In this document: positions 29,306 to 39,620 of the stretch, piece after piece
How positions within the stretch are numbered: the stretch's first letter is position 1
Layout: every line of letters begins with the position of its first letter
NCBI GenBank assembly: GCA_965215015.1
Contig: OZ244042.1
Location: 2,432,001-2,496,000 of the forward strand
Length of the DNA stretch: 64,000 nt
Direction: 5' to 3'
Source: Candidatus Poribacteria bacterium
Lineage (GTDB): Bacteria; Poribacteria; WGA-4E; PCPOR2b
Notes under the pieces: generated by a model
Told to the model about the DNA's origin: nothing
What the model saw: the letters and a program-made list of their open reading frames with translations, nothing else
Database searches by the model: none
Made by a program: the position numbers and the translations under genes

Positions 29306-30667
29306 TTAAGCACGTGCTTCTTCAGGAGAAACCCGCCGCTGCCCACTCGCTTGCGGCGGCGCAATTTCAATAGTTGGTGCCGCTTCTCCTGCTTCAATCA
29401 TGCGTCGGATAAGACGATCTCGCATCACCGCAGCAACCTCCTGATGCGCCTCTCGTCCGATGAGATTTGCCAACTCATACGGATCTGCCTGTAGATCATA
29501 GAGGGACTCCTCGATATACAGCTCTGATGCTGCGCCCTGTGCGCCGCGTCCCCCCGGCGCAGCAACACCGTACTTCCATCGGTGTGTGCGGACAGCGCGT
29601 CCTACCTGTGCCTCACTTACCTGAACAAAAACCTCCTCGGGCCACCCCTCCGTTTGACCTCTTGTCAGTGGAAGGATTGAACGTCCTTGCATCTCTTCAG
29701 GCACGGGAATCCCTGCAGCATCGAGAAGCGTTGGTGGTAAGTCAACAAGACTGACCAGCTGTTGCAGCTGCCCTCTACCATTGAAACCGGGCCCATGCAG
29801 TGCTGTTGGAACACGGATGGAACTTTCGTGGCAGGAACGTTTATATTCCGCATTTCGTGTCTTGAAGTGACAACCGTGATCCGATGTAAAGAGCAGAATC
29901 GTGTTATCAAGCAGGTTAAGACTCTTGAGGGCGTCCAGTACTCTGCCGAGCCCCTCATCAAGACGTTTGACCATACCGTAATAACCGGCAATGTGCTGAT
30001 GTGTTGAGCCACCCAACGCGGCGAGATCCGGCGGAATCCATCTTCCCGTGTAACGTTCACGATAGCCATCGGGCGGCGGGTAATCATCAAGGTGATTCTG
30101 ATGGTGCGGTTCGATGTATGAGGTGAACAGGTAAAATGGATCACCTTGGTGTGCGTCAATGTAGCGAATCATGGCATCGGTAACGGCATCCACACGATAG
30201 CCGGGGAGTTTGACAGGTTGGTTATCATTATTGTAGAGAACGGTGTGATAGGCGTCGGAGGTAAATTCAAGCACATTGGAGGCCAGCCAATATTCATAAC
30301 CCCCACGCGCGGACTCAGGGACGGCTCCCTCAGTGCCCCTATCGTAGAGATGCCACTTGCCGATGTAACCAGTTCTGTAGCCATTTTCACGAAAATGGTG
30401 GGCAAGCGTCTTCAGATTTGACGACAATGGGATACCGTTTCGGTAACAGCCCGTTTCAGTGGCGTAAAGCCCAGTCTGCAAACAAGACCGGGCAGGGCCA
30501 CAAACAGGCTGGCATGTGAAGGAGTGGTAGACGTGCGTGCCTTGTCGTGCCATCCGATCAAAATTCGGCGTCAAATCCAACGGATTGCCGTGGATGCCGG
30601 TTGTGTCCCACCGTTGCTGGTCTGTGAAAAACACGATTACATTAGGCTGATCCGAAGTTCTTGCCAT
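29306..30667 (-). CDS. Sulfatase
   Basis: PNVIVFFTDQQR, CGPAR, GKWH, SDHG. Confidence 0.92.
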   Translation of the reverse strand: MARTSDQPNVIVFFTDQQRWDTTGIHGNPLDLTPNFDRMARQGTHVYHSFTCQPVCGPARSCLQTGLYATETGCYRNGIPLSSNLKTLAHHFRENGYRTGYIGKWHLYDRGTEGAVPESARGGYEYWLASNVLEFTSDAYHTVLYNNDNQPVKLPGYRVDAVTDAMIRYIDAHQGDPFYLFTSYIEPHHQNHLDDYPPPDGYRERYTGRWIPPDLAALGGSTHQHIAGYYGMVKRLDEGLGRVLDALKSLNLLDNTILLFTSDHGCHFKTRNAEYKRSCHESSIRVPTALHGPGFNGRGQLQQLVSLVDLPPTLLDAAGIPVPEEMQGRSILPLTRGQTEGWPEEVFVQVSEAQVGRAVRTHRWKYGVAAPGGRGAQGAASELYIEESLYDLQADPYELANLIGREAHQEVAAVMRDRLIRRMIEAGEAAPTIEIAPPQASGQRRVSPEEARA

Positions 30668-30772
30668 GCCGCTATCTCTCCATTTCCTATTACCGTTAAA
30701 GTCAATTGTACTTCGTTGCGTTTCGCATTCGACAAAGACGCGATCTAAAGCATCAGTTAATTTTCTGGGGCG

Positions 30773-31243
30773 CTACACGCTCTCAATTTTTCGTGTAGAA
30801 AGTTTATCTTTCAAACTGGATCCATTTAATCCTTCGAGGAGCCCAGTCAAAAAGTGCCTATACAGGTGCTCTAATAAAAAAAAGAAGATTTCCTGTTGAA
30901 CGTTTTCTGATACGCGATCCTGTGACCCAAGCAGCCGGGATATTTCTTTTTCGGCTTCATGCTCAAGTTCTGGATATTTACTGATCACAGACGCATGAAG
31001 ATTCTCAAACCATTTTCCAGTATCGCTCATCGGATCTAATGTTGCATTAAGGAAATCTGTAATCTGTAAAAGAATCGGATCTATGCATTCTTCTATGAAA
31101 TTTTGATTGACTCGGGTTAACTCAAAAAGCCAAAGCAAACTATCAGCCACTTCCGACCAATACTGAATTGAAAAATCAGGGGTTCTAAGATTGTCACGTG
31201 GGTCTCTCTGTCTTTTCGGCGGGGGTGCGCCCTGCTGTGCCAT
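30773..31243 (-). CDS. Hypothetical protein (AT-rich)
   Basis: 156 aa ORF with AGGAGG RBS. No recognised motif. Confidence 0.5.
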   Translation of the reverse strand: MAQQGAPPPKRQRDPRDNLRTPDFSIQYWSEVADSLLWLFELTRVNQNFIEECIDPILLQITDFLNATLDPMSDTGKWFENLHASVISKYPELEHEAEKEISRLLGSQDRVSENVQQEIFFFLLEHLYRHFLTGLLEGLNGSSLKDKLSTRKIESV

Positions 31244-31327
31244 AATGGCCTCCTGTTGTTGTAGGGATATGACTTCATCGTTGACATATTCTTAAACCTA
31301 AAAGTGAGTATATTATCCATCCCGTGG

Positions 31328-32449
31328 TTAATCAAAGCATTCTCCAAGACTTTGCAGGAACAAGCGACCGACATCAAGGTTATACGCAAAATCGCTTGCT
31401 CTCCACGAACTGTTATAACCGATGACCGGCACTTCGCTCTCATGGCGTGAACCGTGAGATCTGATAGCGACGGGTATCTCCGTCTCGGCGAGTTCACCAA
31501 AGACGGTATCTCGATCTGCGAGGACGAAAATATCCCCAATCCGTTCCGGATGGAGCCGAAATTGACGCGCCGCTTCGTTTGAAGCGTAAATCTCCTCGAC
31601 ACCCGGTGCAGCGCGTAATGTTTCTATTGCCTTTGGAAGGTCCGCTGCCTTCTGTAGAAATACATACGCAGCCCCTCCCAAATTACCATGATGTGCAACG
31701 TAGCGGTCTTTAATGATAGGGATAGCACTTGACGGGATACCATAATCGGTCAACCAACGCCCCGGATCGAGTGCGCGGGTCTTTGGCAACATCGCGTGAT
31801 CCGCGGTGATATAAATCTCTCGTTCCGGGTTATCGTCCACAATCTCTCCAATGAGTCGATCCAGCTCAGCAATATGCCGCAGCGAATGTTCCTCCGTTGG
31901 GGCGTACTTGTGCTGAGTCCAATCTGTCGTTGAGCAGTAGGCGAGTGGTGGGTCATACTTACCTAGAACCTCGCGCAACGCCCGCAGCAACCACCAATTA
32001 ATCTCCGACGAATAGATATCCTCAACCGGCCCAACCGTCTCAATATATTCAGCGGGTGGGTCTTCCGCGGCGATAGCGATATCCGCTCCGGCTTCAAGCA
32101 TTCGTAGTAGTTTTTTCTTCGTAACGAGTAGGGCGGTTTTCTCTACAAAACCCGACAATTTTGCACGCTCAAATAATGTTGGTGCAAGCAGAAAGCGATT
32201 ATCTTCAATAAACTCCCCTTTTCCCGTCTCACGATCAACATGGTAGTTGGTCGTGATGCCGTGCGTTTCGGGGAAGGTTCCTGTCGCAAGGCTCACATTG
32301 TTGACATTTGTGACCGAGGGAATAACTGACCTCACGTGTTGATAGAAACCATCTTTCATCAGTTTTTGGATATTTGGTATATCACTGGCGGCGAGGTAGT
32401 CGTGTCCGCCGGCATCAATACAAATAATCAAAACCTTGCGTTGGCTCAA
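31328..32449 (-). CDS. phnA: Phosphonoacetate hydrolase-like (alkaline phosphatase superfamily)
   Basis: ICIDAG, PSVTNVNNVSLATG (PhnA PSFTNPNN-like), TTDWTQHKYAP, TADH, RSHGS. Confidence 0.75.
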   Translation of the reverse strand: MSQRKVLIICIDAGGHDYLAASDIPNIQKLMKDGFYQHVRSVIPSVTNVNNVSLATGTFPETHGITTNYHVDRETGKGEFIEDNRFLLAPTLFERAKLSGFVEKTALLVTKKKLLRMLEAGADIAIAAEDPPAEYIETVGPVEDIYSSEINWWLLRALREVLGKYDPPLAYCSTTDWTQHKYAPTEEHSLRHIAELDRLIGEIVDDNPEREIYITADHAMLPKTRALDPGRWLTDYGIPSSAIPIIKDRYVAHHGNLGGAAYVFLQKAADLPKAIETLRAAPGVEEIYASNEAARQFRLHPERIGDIFVLADRDTVFGELAETEIPVAIRSHGSRHESEVPVIGYNSSWRASDFAYNLDVGRLFLQSLGECFD

Positions 32450-33555
32450 AGTGCCCTCCCTTCTAGAGTTGGATTAATGCCAACTCGGATCAAATCGCCC
32501 TGCATTGCTCGCTCAAACGCAGCGTTGATTTCCCCTAGGGGATAGACTGCACCGACTAATTCCTCAAATGGATAACGCTCTCGCGTCTCCTCGATAAACC
32601 GAAGCGCGTCTCCTAGCGCAGATGGATGATAATTATGATTGCCTCGCACCGTCAAGCATTTTGTCACAATCTTATGTGCGTCCATCGTGATGTCGGCGTG
32701 TGGGAAGACGTAGCCGAGCGTCAAACAGCTTCCACCGATTCCTAGCCAATCGAGGGAATTGACCAGCGCAGCCCCTGCACCGCTTACCTCTACAGCGAAA
32801 TCTACACCGCGTCCACCTGTTAAATCGTGTAAGGCTTCCCCAATTTCAACCGCAGAATCTTCTGACAGGTTAAACGTATGGGTTGCACCGAAAGCTTCCG
32901 CGATGTGGAGACGTTCCGGGACAGGGTCTACGCAGGCAACAATTTCAAACCCGCGTTCACGTAAAAAGCACGCGGCATAGATACCTAACATGCCCGCCCC
33001 TTGAACAACTGTGCTAGATCCTCTGGCAAGGTCAAGAGTTGCCAACCCATCTAAAACAGTGGCGAGGGCACAGTTGAGTGGTGCTGCTTCAAGGTTGCTA
33101 ACGGCATCGGGGATACGATAAATTGCTGTTCCCGGTCGAAGGCAAATCCCCTCCGCAAAACCACCGTTGAGGAAATACGGAGCTTCACTCCGGGCATGCC
33201 CATACTTGAACAGCTTCTCACACTTCTGTGGCAGATTTCGTTCATTACAGTATTCGCACGCCCCACACGCAGCCATGATGCTCCACGTCACGCGATCGCC
33301 TTCGTGCAAAGGTTCGCCATACGCATCACGAACCTTCGTTGGACCGGCGATACGTCCAACCGCTTCGTGGCCTAACACACACGGTACGGGTGCGGTTCGC
33401 TGTCCTGTAAAAGTATGTAGGTCTGAACCACAAATCGTTGCTAACGACACCCGAACCAGTACCTCGTCTATATTCGGTGCGGCGATGTTCCGTTCACAAA
33501 GTTCAAATGGTTGACTCGCGCCGCGAAAGAGTGCAATCGAAGCCCGCTGACCCAT
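32446..33555 (-). CDS. Zn-dependent alcohol dehydrogenase (phosphonate-catabolism-associated type)
   Basis: ATICGSDLHT, GHE, CGACEYC...C, CALAT, GAGMLG. Overlaps the phnA start. Confidence 0.85.
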   Translation of the reverse strand: MGQRASIALFRGASQPFELCERNIAAPNIDEVLVRVSLATICGSDLHTFTGQRTAPVPCVLGHEAVGRIAGPTKVRDAYGEPLHEGDRVTWSIMAACGACEYCNERNLPQKCEKLFKYGHARSEAPYFLNGGFAEGICLRPGTAIYRIPDAVSNLEAAPLNCALATVLDGLATLDLARGSSTVVQGAGMLGIYAACFLRERGFEIVACVDPVPERLHIAEAFGATHTFNLSEDSAVEIGEALHDLTGGRGVDFAVEVSGAGAALVNSLDWLGIGGSCLTLGYVFPHADITMDAHKIVTKCLTVRGNHNYHPSALGDALRFIEETRERYPFEELVGAVYPLGEINAAFERAMQGDLIRVGINPTLEGRAL

Positions 33556-33679
33556 AAAATTTCCTTTTAGACAAGAAATGAATGTGCATTTTGGCTACAC
33601 CTCATTCATTTTAGGTTGTCTGTTAATTTTACTATATGTTACAATGTTTTATAATGTTTTCCTATTAAAAACCATATAA

Positions 33680-36007
33680 ATGAGAGGGTTTATGGAAACT
33701 CGAACACAGTATTTAACTATCAAAGAGGCTGCTGAATTATTAGGGGTAACGCCTACCACCTTGCGTAATTGGGACCGATCGGGCAAATTAATCGCTCGCC
33801 GTGATCCTGTCAATGATTATCGTTTATATGCCGTTGAGGATATTTCACAGTTTTTGGGGGAACGAAGTAGAGCCTACACTAATGCCCTTGATACAATACC
33901 TATCCAGCCTGTCTTATTTCCGTTAACTTCATCTCCTTCTAATACAAAAGGACCGTTAGATACGCGCTCGTTACGCCTATTGGTTCGTCAAATGAGTACA
34001 GCTTTTCGTGATTCAATGGGCGGCAGCTTACTGGAACGGTTTGAAGAAATCTCAAAGCTCCTGTACTGCAAGCTGTATGACGAACGACAATCCCAAGTAT
34101 CAGGAAATTACAAACCGTGCTTCCGGCACCAACACAGCGACTCCCTTGATGAAACTTATCTAAGAACTACCAAGCTTTATCGCGATGCGATAAAGCTCTT
34201 ACCAGATATTTTAACGGAGGGTTATCAAAAATTAAGTAATGACAGAAAAGCAATTGTGCGAATTGTTGAGATTTTACAAGATGTCAGCCTGATTAATATT
34301 CCGGTAGATGTAAAAGGGACAGTTTATGAAGAGTTGATTCGCAATACATTCGAGAAATCCGATAACCAGCAATTTTTTACGCCGCGCCCTGTCGTTGAGT
34401 TTATGGTACAATTTCTCAATCCTCAATACGATCAGATACTCTGTGACCCTGCCTGTGGTAGTGGTGGTTTTCTGATAGAAGCGTCGAAATATATTCATAG
34501 AATTCTAGGCGAGCAAACGCCGGAAAATCGCACGGCGTACCTATCCAACCACATCATTGGATTAGAAATTGATAAACGCATGGCTTGGGTTACCCAAATG
34601 AATTTAATCATGCACGGTGATGGACATGGTAATATTCATCATCTAAACGCTGGTGGTTCCTTAGGGTTTTCAGATTATATTGATCGGTTGATTCAACCTG
34701 CTAGTCTTGATTTAATTTTGACCAATCCACCATTTGGGAGCGATTTTTCCGATGCCAACCATCTTGCAAAGTATCAACTTGGTCGAGGAAGGTCATCTCG
34801 GCGTCGAGGAATCCTTTTCATTGAACGATGCGTTGGCTGGCTAAAAAGGGGTGGCCGTTTAGGGATTATTATCGAAGATAGTGTGCTGAATGGTGCCTCG
34901 AATAGCGATGTACGTGATTTAACCCTTAAACATTGTATTGTGGAAGCCGTTATTAGCTTACCTGATGTAACATTTATGCCCTATTCTAGCGCGAAAACCT
35001 CTATCCTATTCTTATGCAAGCACCCTAATGCTAGGAAAGTACAACCTCCAATTTTTATGGCGAATGTAGACCATGTGGGACGCAAACCAAATGGCGACCC
35101 ACTTTATACAGCCGGTAGGGATGAAAACGGCCGTTCATTGCTGCAGAATGAATTGCCAAACGTGATTGATGCCTGGCAAACTTATGTTGCGAAAGATGAA
35201 AACGCTATTGCCCACTTATCACCTAAAATTTATATTTGTCCGCCAGATCGATTTCAAAACGGTTCGGGAACGAGGCTTGATGTTCAATTCCATCACCCTT
35301 CTCGTAAAGTCGCCGAGAATACATTACGCAGATCCATTTACCCAACACCAAAATTGGCGGAACTCGTTGTTGTGCGAAATGTCACCGTTGTACCAAAAAC
35401 ACGAGATCCAGATGAAGTTTGGCACTATATCGGATTGGGAAATATCACCGCCGAAACAGGAGAGTATACCCTATCTAGCATAATGGGCAGTCAAATCAAG
35501 AGTGCAGTTCGTCTTTTTCACGCCGGGGACATTCTGTTTTCCAAACTGCGTCCTGAACTCCGCAAGTGTGTCTTAATACGAGCAGACGAGGACGAAGGCT
35601 TTGCCTCATCCGAATGTTTGGTATTCTGCACATTAGCGGATGCCATACGCGATCCTCTACTGCACAACGCTGCCTATCAGAGGAATCTGATACAGCAGCA
35701 TCAGGTTGACCGTGAATATCTGGCATTCATCTTACGCAGCGATATTGTCTTTGGGCAGCTAATTTATCAAATTACCGGCGTTGGTCGGCCCCGCGTCAGT
35801 CAGTCCGCGATACTTGGACTACGAATTCCGGTGCCGCCTCTTTCCATACAGCATGAAATTGTTACTGGATACAAGATAGCCTGGAAACACCATCTTGAAT
35901 GTCGTAAGCGAAGTACCGTAGCACTGCGTGAAGGGGATACAGCCTTGAAGACAGCGTATACCCATACCTGTGAAAGGTTGTGTCCTACATTGCAACGCTT
36001 CGTCTAA
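33680..36007 (+). CDS. MerR-type HTH + N6 DNA methyltransferase + TRD fusion
   Basis: YLTIKEAAELLGVTPTTLRNWD HTH; QFFTPR, DPACGSGGF and NPPF MTase motifs; C-terminal HsdS-like TRD ending PVPPLSIQHEIV. Confidence 0.85.
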   Translation: MRGFMETRTQYLTIKEAAELLGVTPTTLRNWDRSGKLIARRDPVNDYRLYAVEDISQFLGERSRAYTNALDTIPIQPVLFPLTSSPSNTKGPLDTRSLRLLVRQMSTAFRDSMGGSLLERFEEISKLLYCKLYDERQSQVSGNYKPCFRHQHSDSLDETYLRTTKLYRDAIKLLPDILTEGYQKLSNDRKAIVRIVEILQDVSLINIPVDVKGTVYEELIRNTFEKSDNQQFFTPRPVVEFMVQFLNPQYDQILCDPACGSGGFLIEASKYIHRILGEQTPENRTAYLSNHIIGLEIDKRMAWVTQMNLIMHGDGHGNIHHLNAGGSLGFSDYIDRLIQPASLDLILTNPPFGSDFSDANHLAKYQLGRGRSSRRRGILFIERCVGWLKRGGRLGIIIEDSVLNGASNSDVRDLTLKHCIVEAVISLPDVTFMPYSSAKTSILFLCKHPNARKVQPPIFMANVDHVGRKPNGDPLYTAGRDENGRSLLQNELPNVIDAWQTYVAKDENAIAHLSPKIYICPPDRFQNGSGTRLDVQFHHPSRKVAENTLRRSIYPTPKLAELVVVRNVTVVPKTRDPDEVWHYIGLGNITAETGEYTLSSIMGSQIKSAVRLFHAGDILFSKLRPELRKCVLIRADEDEGFASSECLVFCTLADAIRDPLLHNAAYQRNLIQQHQVDREYLAFILRSDIVFGQLIYQITGVGRPRVSQSAILGLRIPVPPLSIQHEIVTGYKIAWKHHLECRKRSTVALREGDTALKTAYTHTCERLCPTLQRFV

Positions 36008-36134
36008 AACTCATGTTTCATTATGTTTACTCCTTCCTAACCGATTTCTTGGAGAACGTTGATCAACTTGCTCAAGAAAGTCCATGAATTTGTGCATGGT
36101 ATCACTCAGTTCTTCCGATTCCACTGTATCCTGC

Positions 36135-37289
36135 TTATTGACCACGCCGCCAAAGCCGAAACGCAAGTATCGCCGAAATAACAACCATTCCACTAGCCAC
36201 AACAAACGGTAGGTGAATAGCCATTGATTCGAGTCTGCCCCCAACCATGTGTCCTGAGAGGAAACCTGAACTCCACGCCAGATGGGTAATCCCAACCCCT
36301 CGTCCCTTTTCTTCTGTTGCAAAAAATTCATCGATAAGACGGGGCATTGTGATTGAAACTGACCACGCTGCCCCCGCGCTGAAAACCCCCAACGCAAATA
36401 GAAGGATTATTGAATCTGTATTCAGCGTAATCATCACTGCACTTAGGGCGACAAGACAGGTTGCCACGAGGGCGGTGAGTTTAGCCCCGACAACGTCACA
36501 AATGCGCCCTGAGATCAGTTGGCAGCAAGCGGCAAATAAATCTCTTGATGCGCCGTAGTAGCCTGCCAGCCTGATACCTGAAGTACGTGCGATTAGAACC
36601 GGCAGCAGGAGACTAACCGTTCCCCAATAGTAAGTCGGCAGAAAACGCATGCCGAGCAGTAAGCGAATTTCTCGACGTCGAAGCATTTCCCAATACCCTG
36701 CCAACATTTGGGTGAAAGATTTTCGCTCATCGCTCCCGCGTGGCAGGCGAGGTAGAAGGATAAGTGCTACTAAAATAAGCAGAATCATGACGAGGATTGT
36801 CCCCCTACCAACAACCCCGTAATTGAAGCGATCGATTAGCTCACCGCCGATTGCGCTACCCACTGAGCCTCCGAATGTATACGTCAGGAAATAGACAGCG
36901 GCGGCCAAGCCGAGCCGATTCGCGTCAACGGCACTGATGAGATATGATTGTCCACCCGCTGTGCGAAAGCCGGAAGCAATCCCCTGATAGCACAGCACCC
37001 CCCAAATCAGCAACGGTTGCTTACTTATGAACACAATTCCTACAACCAATGCCCCTGTCATGCCCAAGATTAACGTGGACTTCCGGCCCAACCGATCACT
37101 TAATGCACCACCGACCAAAGCAAACAGACCGCCGAGTGCGATTGGGATTGCCCGTAATAACGCAGCAAACCATACCGTTTTTCCCAGTGCCTCCTCCACG
37201 TAGACTGGGAAGAGGAGTTCGATGGGTGCGGTGACAAGCCCTGCTGCAAGTAGGATAAGGCACAATGAGATGAATTGGCGATTCCACAT
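36135..37289 (-). CDS. MFS transporter
   Basis: Multiple TM segments; motif A GALSDRLGRK. Confidence 0.88.
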   Translation of the reverse strand: MWNRQFISLCLILLAAGLVTAPIELLFPVYVEEALGKTVWFAALLRAIPIALGGLFALVGGALSDRLGRKSTLILGMTGALVVGIVFISKQPLLIWGVLCYQGIASGFRTAGGQSYLISAVDANRLGLAAAVYFLTYTFGGSVGSAIGGELIDRFNYGVVGRGTILVMILLILVALILLPRLPRGSDERKSFTQMLAGYWEMLRRREIRLLLGMRFLPTYYWGTVSLLLPVLIARTSGIRLAGYYGASRDLFAACCQLISGRICDVVGAKLTALVATCLVALSAVMITLNTDSIILLFALGVFSAGAAWSVSITMPRLIDEFFATEEKGRGVGITHLAWSSGFLSGHMVGGRLESMAIHLPFVVASGMVVISAILAFRLWRRGQ

Positions 37290-37533
37290 CAGATTAAGGA
37301 CACCTGTCTTTATCGGTTTTCAGATGAGGTACACATAGGCATATCTCCATCGTCAACTACGCCAAACTAATGCTTAACGGAAAACGAGAGTTACCGCACA
37401 ATCGGTACATCCATTATACAGATTTTAATAAAAGGAATGCAAGGTTTTAATTGATGTTTGCCGTTGTATCGTGTGGAATAAATATGATAAAATAACAAGG
37501 AAAATCAGAACGAGCTATAAGAAGGAGAAAGAT

Positions 37534-38559
37534 ATGAATTATAGACGTTTAGGCAGAACTGGACTCAAAGTTTCAGAGGTCTGTCTAGGAACAATGACCT
37601 TTGGGGCAGTCGGCTGGGGCAACAATGAAGCTGAAGCGGATACAATCTTCAACTTCGCGTTGGATGCCGGCATTAACTTTTATGATGTTGCAAATTCCTA
37701 CGCTGAGGGTCAATCAGAAGTAATTTTGGGACGTATCATGAAAGGGAAGCGAGACAAACTTATTATCGCTACCAAAGTGTTCAATCCGATGGGAACAGAC
37801 ATCAACGATTCCGGGACTTCGCGGGTGCATATTATGCAATCGGTTGAGGACAGCTTGAGACGCCTACAAATCGATCATATTGATCTCTACCTCATCCATC
37901 ATGTCGATAGGGAAACACCAACTGAGGAACGCTTGCGTGCCCTCGATGATCTTGTACACCAAGGCAAGGTTCGCTACATCGGTTGCAGCAACGAGTACGC
38001 TTGGCGATTGTGTGACGCCCTGTGGATTAGCGAGGTGAAGAATCTAGCGCGCTATGAAGCCCTTCAACCTCAGTACAATTTGCTAACCCGCGACATTGAA
38101 GAAGAAATTTTACCGGTTTGTCGTGATAAGGGGATCGGTGTGTATGTCTGGGGACCATTAGCGTCGGGATACTTAACCGGAAAGTATAAGCCGGGCGAGC
38201 CACCCCCCGAGGATTCGCGCTTTGCTCGAAGGGCAGAATCTTCAATCGATCGATACCTTGACCCACGAATACAGAAAATCCTAGAAGCACTCCAAGATAT
38301 AGCACAAGGGTTGGGCAAGAGCATGGCACAGGTGGCTTTGCGGTGGATTTTAGAACAGGAGGGAATAACTTCAGTTATCGTTGGATCAACGAAAGTGGAA
38401 CAACTCCGCGATAACATCGGTTGTTCGGGTTGGAGTCTGCCTGCCGATGCCTTGGCAGTGTTGAACGAAGCTTCCGCCCCTCCAGTTCGTTACCCAGATT
38501 CGATGGAGTTGAATATCCATGAACGTCGAGCGAATGCCGTGGATATGCCGACTCTATAG
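37534..38559 (+). CDS. Aldo/keto reductase
   Basis: YRRLGRTGLKVSEVCLGTMTFG, SLRRLQIDHIDLY, GKVRYIG. RBS AAGGAG. Confidence 0.92.
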   Translation: MNYRRLGRTGLKVSEVCLGTMTFGAVGWGNNEAEADTIFNFALDAGINFYDVANSYAEGQSEVILGRIMKGKRDKLIIATKVFNPMGTDINDSGTSRVHIMQSVEDSLRRLQIDHIDLYLIHHVDRETPTEERLRALDDLVHQGKVRYIGCSNEYAWRLCDALWISEVKNLARYEALQPQYNLLTRDIEEEILPVCRDKGIGVYVWGPLASGYLTGKYKPGEPPPEDSRFARRAESSIDRYLDPRIQKILEALQDIAQGLGKSMAQVALRWILEQEGITSVIVGSTKVEQLRDNIGCSGWSLPADALAVLNEASAPPVRYPDSMELNIHERRANAVDMPTL

Positions 38560-38573
38560 GCATGGGGTGTAAT

Positions 38574-39604
38574 TTGACATACTCTCCGCGCTGAAGGACG
38601 GAGATTCTTTTGATTGTCCTTCAGCCGGAAATTGTGCTATCGTGCTTGTTAGGCAATGCTTAACAAGCTGCGAGGTGAGCCATCCGCAGATGGTCTGACA
38701 GTCTCTCCTGCCGGGGGTGATGCCCCAACCCGATAGATATTAACCGCTGCGTTGCGGTCTCCATCGAACTGTGTGTGGCAGTTCAAACACTGCCATATCC
38801 TATCTCGTAGATTCAACACTTCATTCACAGTACCGCAAGCCGAACACGTCTGACTGGAGGGATACCACTTGTCCCGGATTATCTCCCTGCTTGCGGGGGG
38901 ATAGAGGGGGCTTCTCCCTGTTGCAGGGGACAATCCTTACCCCCGGCCCCGTAAACGGGGAGAAGAAAATGAAAGTGATTTTAACACCCTTTGTGGGAAG
39001 CAGTATGCACCAATTTCTTGATGAAGTCTGCAAAGCCTAAATCACTCACCTCGCGACCCCAAAGTGCCTTCATGTCTTACTGGTTCAAATCCTCAAACCG
39101 TATCTCGTCGTATCTGTCAGTGAGTTGGTGAGCAAGTTTCCAGTGGGAGTCAATCTGTTGGCGTTCAATTCTGCGGTGCTTCCGTGCCGAGTCAAGCCTG
39201 GCACGTTCCCGATTGTTTGAACCTTTACGCTTGGTGCTGTGCTTGCGACTTGCCCGTCTGATAGCGTTGAAACTGCGTTTGAGAAACTGGGGCGATTCTA
39301 TATCGTGTCCGTTGAACCCCGTGAGATACCGTTTGAGACCGAAATCGAAGCCTGCGATGTGACCCCGTCATGGCTCGGTTAAGGCCTCCATTTACATGGT
39401 CAGTTGGAATACAGACATAGACATTACCAATAGCGTCTCGTTTGATGGTGCAACGCTTGGGCAATGGTGTAGAACCTTCCCACAAAAGCCAAGGCGAATA
39501 TACCCGATTTAACTTACAGTTTCAACCGTTTTTTTTAGACGGTAACACGAGTAGTCAATCTGTATCCCCCCTTAAAAGACGGGGTTTTAGATCGGAAGCT
39601 CTTG
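38574..39604 (-). mobile_element. tnpB: Degraded IS200/IS605-family element with a tnpB pseudogene
   Basis: Fragments GFDFGLK (RuvC-I), FEDLN (RuvC-II), CSACG...CLNC, DRNAAVNI, broken by stops and frameshifts. Right end hairpin plus GAGTATGTCAA. Left end CCCCGTCTTTTAAGGGGGG hairpin. Confidence 0.85.
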
Positions 39605-39620
39605 ATAAAGGAGTGAAATC

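Noticed and set aside
36011-36134. Possible 3' remnant of a restriction endonuclease convergent on the orphan MTase
   Set aside because: Only about 40 codons with no motif, so it cannot be supported.
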